A DNA stretch of 58,179 nucleotides, filler included, from Sphacelaria rigidula (taxonomy: Eukaryota), in NCBI GenBank assembly GCA_964200075.2. It is 6 parts of 6 records of this genome, joined end to end, with 100 filler letters (N's around TTAATTAATTAA, not from the genome) between each part and the next. Parts side by side here need not be neighbours in the genome. Positions count along the whole stretch, not along the records: positions 48,568 to 58,179 come from CAXNAA020008104.1; 5 more parts are not named here. One strand, 5' to 3'. Made by a program: the position numbers and the translations under genes. Below are positions 49,317-58,179 of this stretch, piece after piece. Under the pieces are notes generated by a model. It made no database searches. It saw only the letters and a program-made list of their open reading frames with translations, and had not been told where the DNA came from. Position 1 is the stretch's first letter. Every line of letters begins with the position of its first letter.

Positions 49317-50547
49317 CGTACAGTAACTGATCCCCGATGAATCCGGTCGTTGTCACAAGATATCACATCCTGGATAATGGCAATAGATTACAGTGTCAAA
49401 AAGTGTACCACGTACAGTATCGACTATTACATCTATTGCAAAAGACAATAGATTTCACACTGTACGCAGTGCGCGTTACGAAAATGAAATCTATTTTCCA
49501 GGGTGTGCAAGGTAGACGTACTTGCCGAAGGTAACACAAAACTGAAACATACCTCAAGGAATCTTGACAGAGGGAAAATGTTCGACAAGGAATGTATGAT
49601 GAAACAAACAGACTGAACTGAAGACAAGCGAGAAACAAAAACAAAGAAAGGAGCCAAAAAAGGAAAGGAAATAAGAGGTTAGGGGCCTGCGTGTCTTTGG
49701 AGTCAAACTGGGGGGAAATTTATTGAATAACGAAGCACCGACACCCTCTCGAGCGATTGGGATGCCGAGAAGCGTTTGTTGTTTTACGTGGCGTCCACTC
49801 GCACCACTATCTACCGCAAGGCAGCAACTGTTTGACTCTTGTTGAGCTGCCACAGGTTGCCACAGTCAGTCGATACAGCAGTGTTGTATGCTGTGCCCGC
49901 CCCCATCAGCGGATCAGACCTACCTCGACCAGTGTCGGAAGAGGATATTCGTCTCCTCCAGTCGTTTCCCGCTCAACAACGGCGACACTGACCTTTGTAC
50001 ACGAGGAAGCAGAGGAACGTTATTTATTACGGGAACGTGACCCAAAGACGGTGGCGGAGGAGAAGAGGGGGGGCAGAGGGTGGTACTTATTTGTTACTTA
50101 TTGAATTAGTTATTCCAGCATTGACGATGCATCCCTTCGAAACGGAGTACCGGTCCTATCCCTAATACCGTAGAGACAACTCCAACATTTGGGCGCTCAT
50201 TATGTGCCTTGCATAAATTACACGAAAACATTTCACATATCTTACTCCTTCTTGTTTCGCCATCTGTGGTCATCATCCATGTATATATGTATGAATATGT
50301 TGAGCGACGGGGGGGAACCGAATATATCAGCTCTGTTCTTCGTGCTTTGTGCGTATTCAACAAGCAACCCATTGCGCACGGTCGTTCGCAACTACTATGG
50401 CGTTCTGTTCACGGAGGCAAGGGCATGCGAGCATCGCAAACGACTGTACAGTACACGAAGCATGCATCTCTTGGATAAATCAAGGTCCCGCCAATTTAGA
50501 CGTACGAGTGAGTTGCCCCTCGGTGAGAAGGACCGTCTCGTCAACAC

Positions 50548-50550
<3 letters not shown>

Positions 50551-50596
<46 letters not shown>

Positions 50597-50809
50597 GCCT
50601 CATCTATCCTGGACGCCGGGCTACAACTTTCGGTATATGTGGGCGCACCAGCCGGGGTCACACAGGAGGAAGGTCAACACAGGAGTTTTTTTCTTTTTTC
50701 TTTGTTTTTAGTACCCCACCTTCCTTCTGCGGTGCTTACCTTTCTTTTTTTTATCGCGAGAGAGGTTCAGCAGTCCCCTTCCCTCGTCGACCGTTAAGTC
50801 GAATTTTGA
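50551..50809 (-). mobile_element. Probable SINE 3' portion with (CA)n tail
   Basis: (TG)20 tract abutting a ~220-bp body. The architecture fits a retroposon with a microsatellite tail. Another (CA)n tract lies at 52174-52247. Confidence 0.45.
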
Positions 50810-52171
50810 AACTTTGAACGGTTTGTTAGAGTTCGAATCCCCACCGTCGAACCGTATATTTTTTGTTTTCGTCGTTTGAGAGGCGCGAGAACGAGAATTG
50901 CCAAAAATAGTCGATGGAGGTGCACGGGCTTCGAGGGCACTAAGATCCATTCTTATCGACACTGCTTCCTCGGAGATATCAGAATTTTTCGCACTTTTCG
51001 AACTTTGCGTTCAGATTTCTCCGGAAACGAAGCGGCTTGGTTTTTTCTCCGAAACGTCGTTTTTCAACAGGTCTGGAAAATTCGAACTGCAACGAAGCAC
51101 TTCGGACAGCAGCCCTGTGTGTACGCCGTGGCGCTCGCAGGCATTCGAGAGTCATCAGGTACCTTCCAAAAATCTCCGAGATCTCCGACAAACAGATTCC
51201 GTACTGATGGGCCTGGGTGCCGTTATCTCAGCCTCAATAACGCATCGCACGGCGAGTATCAGGGAGATGTGGGTTGGTCCGTGGAAACTACAGGTAGGTG
51301 CATCCCGAGGACGGAAAGAGGTAACATTTTTGTCAATCATACTTTCACTGCCCTCTTTCCTCTGAACGAGGCTTCAGTTTCAAGGGATTAACCTACCTCT
51401 CTCCCCGGTACGATACCTGCCTTGTAATATGTTATCCACGATTGGACGACTGGATCATGACTATCAGTACTCCCGTAGCCCATCAACTTCCCCCCGATTT
51501 GTTTCCTCGCCAGTTTACGTTCTCACGCTTTCCAGAAGAGAAACCGATGACATCAAGTATCACTGTCGGGGTTCAAACCTGCCACTACTACTACTCCGTC
51601 CAAGCTCGGCGCTCATGACCCCCAGGACGCGTCGGCTGTTGAATGTGCGACAAAGAAATACTAGACGCGAGCGTAAGGCGTAAACACACCGAAACCCTAG
51701 ACCATGCCATTTTCGTAAGACCGGTTCTTGGGCTTCGGGATTGACGGTGATCTCATCGTTGGCAACGTTAGTATGGTAGCTAAGGGTACGGTACGGTGTC
51801 GCAGTGAGGGTGTATCGTCGTCAGTGGTCAGGATGACCGCTCATGCGCAGCACGTGTGAACAAGAGAACACCCTTGTCGGCGTCTTCTAAACGTCTGGAA
51901 TGAACGTCTGGTAGTTGGTGCACATGCACAATTCCTCGTCGAGAGAGTAATCCTACGACGGGGGAGAGGAAGAGATGCTTGATCGCATGCAACAGCGGGA
52001 TACATGGGGTGTTTTACATGGCCTCACGTGCTATCTATGGGCTTCTGCGTGGCTCAAAACTTTATCCGGCGAGGTTCGTGCATGCGCTATGTTCATACCA
52101 AGACCGCCCAGAGGAAATGCACCGCTTGCAGTGGCGCCTCAGGTTGACTCCTTTAGGAGAGGATAGCTTGA

Positions 52172-52240
<69 letters not shown>

Positions 52241-52599
52241 CACACACCGCACCGCACTCGTTCGGTCGCTCACACGTGGGACTTGCCAACTTACCTCGCT
52301 CTGACGTGTTCATAGTAGAAGAGGGTTTCTTCAGGGTCTCTATCGGCAACGCCCAGTGAGTGCATCACGCAACTGCCGGGGGGCACGCATATCCAAGAAC
52401 ATGACATCGACATGCAACCAGGACGGACACAATATGCCAAAACATGTCAGTAAAAAAAAATGGGATGTTTGTTGTCCCAGTACGTGACTCTCGCAAGTAT
52501 AACCCTCAACCCTTTGGTGTTCAAGTGTAACTACCAACTTACTAGGATCCGACCGAACTTATCCAACCTCTACGAGAAGACTCAATGGTGGGAACGACA

Positions 52600-53620
52600 T
52601 TAGTAACAGGTCTTCGAATGCTGGGGGCGACACCCACGATTTTTCAGAAAGGGAAAAGCGGCCGCAGCGCGCTGGTCGACACGCTACATGACGAAACAAA
52701 TTCTCACCCGGAGGCAGCCAGCTGCCGATGCGCCAGGAAAGCCCTCCACAACCTCTCTCTCGCCGCATAACCCAGACCCACCTGCGAGTGGTTCGATGCT
52801 GGTTTGAGAAGAATTTTGACGCTGGCTTGGTCCAACGCGCTTGCCTCGGAGTGCGCCAAAGATAAGGAGGGGAGCAGGGGGCACTATGTAGGACCAACCC
52901 TTCAGGAACTAGCGTCTGCGCACACCCCGAGGGCACGTCGAAATTTGTACATGAATAAAATGTCGGGGCTCTTGTATTTTCTCTCTGGTGCAAGGAATAT
53001 TACTCTTGCTTCCCACAGTATCGGCACAAAGTCCAGCTAAATACGCAGCAATAACCGGAGAGTCGCTTACCACGTACTCGTAACACGTTGAAGTCGTTCT
53101 GGGTATTGGGGCTCTCGAGGGTTGAAGTGCCCCCCGACTAAAAGAGTATGGGAGTGGGCTTCTCCTTTTCCAGGACTAGTATTGGTATCGTCAGACCTCA
53201 CAGCGCTATAACGCCCAGAAGGGCTAGGGTTCTCAGACAGCATCGAGAATTAAAGGGCATCATTGCTGGGCGTGTAGTTCGTAGGATATGCTGAGGAAAC
53301 GCCTGCATGTTACCCCCCTTCCTTACTTACCGTTGCAAGATTCCTTCATCAGCGCACAGCGTGTGGTATTTTTTTGGCGATGCAGGAAACAACGTAATTG
53401 GGGCAGTACAGCAGATCAGTGTATATCCTCGTTGGGCGCCTCTTGAGACCCTCACATTAGCACAATCCGGCTTTCTTGTCATCCATACAGGACACTGAGG
53501 GCTATGCCTTATCTCGCTTCGATCCTCCAATTCAATCTAGGAACACCCTGGGAAAACGTTCCAACCTCTGGCCGCGAACGCGTGAACAATTCAAAAGTAG
53601 GTGTACCATCATTTGACGCT
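52600..53620 (-). mobile_element. Possible decayed CRE/SLACS-like non-LTR RT
   Basis: Weak motifs: VRVSRGAQRGYTL (resembles GxQQG), and QAS...VGLGY / IGSW downstream. Confidence 0.25.
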
Positions 53621-54546
53621 TTTCCCCCTGGAATGTTTGTACATATGTGTATATCTATATGTAGTTCGGTCAACCCGTGTAGTTCATCTGATGTCATGTT
53701 GTGACTCCGTACCCCTGAAACATTAGCATGCACACAAGGTACAAATGTTTTCAATATACATCAGTCGATCATATTGGAATCTTGCGACATATTGCCGGCG
53801 TAATATATATAATATATATATATATATATATTGGTACCCTTGGACTGCACACGTATTGCGCGCCGAATGTATATTGATGTCGTGGGATTGCATACATGTT
53901 GCCCGCCCAATATATATTGGTACTGTGGGGTTGAACACATATTGTTTCATCAATATATATTGGGGCAGCGTGGGCGGCAGAATATTGCACGACCAATATG
54001 TATTTGGGTTGCATTGGTGAAAACATATTGGCTAGTCAAAATATATTGGGTCTGCGTGGGTGCCAATGTATTGGCCGGTCAATATATATTGAATATTGTA
54101 AGTATGGTGTGCGCTTTGAGAAAGATCCAGACGCGATGGATGCTGGAGCCCGTGCAGATTTGGAAAAGCTTCAAAGGGAGCCGCAGAAGTTCGCGTGCAT
54201 TACTGCGGAGAGTTGTCGAATGCGTTTGACACACACGTATATATATATATATATAATGGTCGGAAAATATAGTGACAGGAGAGGCGACCCGGTATACATG
54301 CCACCCGATACCTATCTGGCGACCGGTGCGGGGCCGCCCATCCCCTTCCCAGCATGTAATGAATGATTGATTGATTGATTGGTTATCTCACATTAGCTGA
54401 TTGCAACAATCCAGCCCGTGGTCAGGAGCAGCAAAATAGAACATAATAATAAAAAAAATACAATAAAGAAAGAAAGGAACAGAAAAACGACAGAAGCAAC
54501 GGCCTCAAAAAAGGAAAGAAAGGGGGCAGCGATAACAACAAAAAAC

Positions 54547-54672
<126 letters not shown>

Positions 54673-54945
54673 CAGGAACAAACAAGAGCAGTAACGACAA
54701 ACACAAAGACAAGCACAAAGACAAGCACAAAGACAAAAAGGATGATGACCGTGCATTACGTAGTTGATTGCAACAGTCCAGCTCGTTATCAGAAACAAAA
54801 AGGAGAAACATGACAAAAAAATGAAAGAAAAATGAAAGAAAAAGAAGAAAATGATATATATTGGCTACACATCACGATGACAGAAAACGCGAGTCGATAT
54901 GCGCCTTTTGGTACCCCTGGGGTCACCAGGGCTGTGTTGCTTGTA

Positions 54946-55275
54946 CCCTGGACAACACAAGATGTTCCAATATGATATCAATGCTTTGTATGGGAGCCAG
55001 CGCAAATATTGTCCTTTCAGTACATAAATTGTGTTGAGATGTCCTCAGTGACATTTAAGCAACAACATATATTGCGAGTGTCATGATCATGAATCAATGT
55101 ATGACAATATGTATTGGACATGCATTTGCTCCAGGAATAAAACATTCAACACCTGTACATTGTGCATGCCGGCCGTGTATGTACTGAAGTGTCGATATAT
55201 ATTGACTCGTAACGATGCGTAGCATATTGTTATCGTGATATATATTGAGCACAAACCATACAAAGGTTTTTTTTT

Positions 55276-55308
<33 letters not shown>

Positions 55309-55948
55309 CGCACGCTCATCGCATAGCTATTGTGCACCCAATATATATATTGAACACGCTTGCGGAGGAATATATTGAGCGTTTTCGGCATGTGGTGATA
55401 CATCTTTCAATGGCGCCCGCAAACGTAGAACTGCCCACCACACTAATTGCAATACTCTTTCGAATCTACATGCTGAAAATAAAAAAATATTGCTACACCA
55501 ATATGTATTGTGACCGTCGATTCCCTCGTGAATTGTCCGCCCAATATATATTGGACGCATTGACGCACGCAATATTGGGGCGGCAATATATGTTGGCGCT
55601 TCGGGTGTTGAGTGTATTGATTCATCAATATATTGTATTGATCTCGTGTGGCAGCCAATATATTACTCGACGAATGTATATATATATATATATAAATGTA
55701 TATATATATATATATATATTGGTGCACCAACATATTACTTGGCCAATATATATATATATATTGAGGTGGCGCGTGTCATGACATATTGTTCGGTTGATAT
55801 ATCTTGCATATCGCGAGGCTTGACATATTGATGGCACAGTATATATTGACCCTCTCTGGCCATCATTTTGCTCGTCAATATATATTGGCCACCCGGCGCG
55901 TCGACATATTGAGCGGGGAACACATATTACATATTGTATCGTCCAGGG
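54946..55948. mobile_element. Non-autonomous TIR element (CCCTGGAC...GTCCAGGG) with many CAATATATTG-type repeats, EnSpm/CACTA-like; related fragment at 53620-54105
   Basis: ccctggacaacacaa versus revcomp ccctggacgatacaa. Flanks TA/TG. Dense ATATTG/CAATAT motifs. Confidence 0.65.
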
Positions 55949-56706
55949 TGTGAACCGGTTAGACAGTGCTTGAATGTCACCCGGCATCTCTGTTACTGCA
56001 CTGCATTCTCAGACGGTAACCGCACGGTCTCACTTTTTTCTTCTTGAAGATATATCTACACCACGTCGCACTACGAGCAAACATTAAACCTTGGGCATGA
56101 CGACCACAGTCACGGGAAACTCTGCTTCCTCCAACCCCCTATTGGAATAGCCCCTTCTGCAGCATATTCCGTGGCTGCCCGCTAGTCCTTGCGATACTCC
56201 CCATTGGTCATCTTGCCCCCTGTCCGAATATTACGCCGTGCATCGACGGTCGCGGAGGCGGAGGGGGGGGCTGTCGATATCTTGAATTATCGGCTGCTGT
56301 AGTACTTCGCCGACGGAGGACGGACACACCGTAAGCCGACATTGGTCGCGCGATTGGGAATCGCAAGCGAATTGTGCTACAGCATTCCGGGGGGCTGTGA
56401 AAAACACCGGAATTCGTGCGGTCGCCGTTTTTTCCCCACGAGGCCTTCACAAGCCAGGCAATGAATTGTCATCAATTGCAATAATACCTATGTTCGCGCT
56501 TTCCCGGTTCTAATCTACGATCTGATTGATTCTTTATCAAATCAATCGAACCAATGGGATCTCAGATTGGAACCGGAAAAGCGCAAACATAGCATACACC
56601 AATCGGGTTGAGGCTTTGTAACATCGCGTCTCTTGCGGGTATCTCTCGTCGGCCAGTTTAATGGTGTAAAATCGAAGATCCGATACACCATTCCACGGAG
56701 AAGAAC

Positions 56707-56855
56707 GGCGGTTGAATTGCGACAGCGGGGAAATCTGGACATCATCAGGACAGCGGGCGGTTGAATTACGACAGCGGGGAAATCTGGACATCATCAGGAC
56801 AGCGGGCGGTTGAATACGACAGCGGGAAAATCTGGACATGATGAGGACACCAGCG
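56707..56855. repeat. Three tandem copies of a 49-bp unit
   Basis: ggcggttgaattgcgacagcggggaaatctggacatcatcaggacagcg starting at 56707, 56756 and 56805. Confidence 0.92.
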
Positions 56856-57434
56856 TGGGAGCTCAACGGCTACTACATTTCCTTCTCGGAAGTCATTTGT
56901 GTGACCTCCACTGCCGTTATACACGATACGTGAGTTGACCAGCTGCTGCTGCCTCCTTGACCTCATGATACCGTCCCTGGGTCTGGGCGGCTCTCTTGTT
57001 CTTCTCGTTTGATTTCGTGTCCTCTTTCTCCTCCTTTTTTTTATTTTTTTTTCTCTTTTCCCCAGTGTACTGGTACTAGTCTGTTGGTGCTCCCCTCCTT
57101 CTTTTCTATTTTCCCCATCCCTCGAGGTCTCTTCCGCGACTATTTCCGTGTTATGTTTCTTGCGTCCGTCAATCGTGCACCCGCGCCTAGATTCACACCA
57201 AATCAGTGAAAGGGTGATAGTCAATCAAGAGCTCAACTTATTAGGTAACCAACCCGAAATGACTGGCCTTGGCAGACGCAGTAAGCGCTTCTGACCTAGG
57301 CGTGCCGATGTGATCAACATCTTCAAGATCTGGAGAGAGATAAAGTTCCCATGAAAGAAGAATATCCAGCGAAGTCTATCCCGGTACAACAGCCACTGAT
57401 TGTTCGTACGTGCACAAATGTGTCCAAATGTAGG

Positions 57435-57612
57435 GCGTATGCAGGATGCATAGATGAAGCTGCGACAATCGACCAATGAATCAAATGGGGTACGCGATCG
57501 TAATAATGCGTATGCAGGGTGTGTAAGTGAATGTACAGCAATCGACCTCTCAATCAATTCATCAACCAATAGAGTGCGGGGTACGCGTTCGTGATAGTAG
57601 CTGGCGTACACG
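57435..57612. repeat. Degenerate ~70-95-bp tandem repeat
   Basis: gcgtatgcagg...caatcgacc...ggggtacgcg-tcgt-ata occurs twice, with a partial third start. Confidence 0.6.
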
Positions 57613-58179
57613 TGTCGACTTTACCTAAAAAAAATCAACCGGAGCTACTAGAAGAATCTTCGACCCTGTGCCTTGGTAGGAAACCCCATGTAGTCCACAG
57701 GGCACTGTCGTTCGAGCTGTCAAAGGGCGCACGGGTGCTCACAAGGACACGCTACAGTACGCACGGTCCCTTCGAGGGAACGGGATTGCAGCATCTCCTC
57801 TGATGTCATAATAAGGAGATCCTACGTTGGAAATCTAATGTTCATATCGCACCTGAAGACATCTACCTCCGTCTCGGCTTTAGAGGCCACGCGGTTCCCG
57901 ATGCCGGGATAACGGATGCTCTTGACTCTTGCCTTCGATACCTTACACGAACGTGGATTCATGTTTAGAGCAGTGTAAGCTCGAGGTCAGAACCAACAGT
58001 GTTTTTTGTAGGATTTAGATTCTGGCGGTGATTGAAAGTGAGTCTTATCATTCGCTCTGACTTGACCATTTTTTCGTTTTGTGTGTGCTTTTTTATTGCC
58101 TGTAACACTGAGTGATGCTACGGTAGGGGTACAGAAATAATTTCTGAGGTTAGGATTGTTAGGAGCCCCTTATCTCATC

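Noticed and set aside
50828..50852. GTTCGAATCCCC T-loop-like motif as a tRNA
   Set aside because: No cloverleaf or acceptor stem can be built; at most a SINE relic.
56707..56855. CRISPR-like array
   Set aside because: Units are head-to-tail with no unique spacers, there are no cas genes and the context is eukaryotic.

Overview
Eukaryotic, repeat-rich DNA, most consistent with a brown alga (stramenopile). The evidence is GT-AG multi-exon genes, a signal peptide followed by an ASAFAP-like plastid-targeting motif, TTAGGG motifs, and copia/gypsy/MITE content. The window is not one locus: it is six near-equal pieces (9612-9614 bp) joined by identical 100-bp linkers (44N-TTAATTAATTAA-44N), so adjacency across linkers carries no meaning. 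Piece 1: a decayed Ty1/copia element whose gag is split by a 2.2-kb TIR element (TATGGG...CCCATA ends, 5-bp TSD), tyrosine-recombinase remnants, MITEs and a near-perfect 169-bp inverted repeat. Piece 2: an unidentified short-intron pseudogene and nested repeats. Piece 3: exon 1 of molybdenum cofactor sulfurase head-to-head with a complete 4-exon plastid-targeted protein (3 SAP-like repeats plus STI1). Piece 4: two decayed Ty3/gypsy copies whose integrase ends in a chromo-like domain followed by a PWWP/Tudor-like domain. Piece 5: an ADAM/M12B-like metalloprotease gene head-to-head with an unknown gene. Piece 6: mostly SINE/LINE ends, MITEs and microsatellites. No CRISPR array, rRNA or full tRNA was seen. 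All family assignments come from motif recognition by eye, not from database searches.
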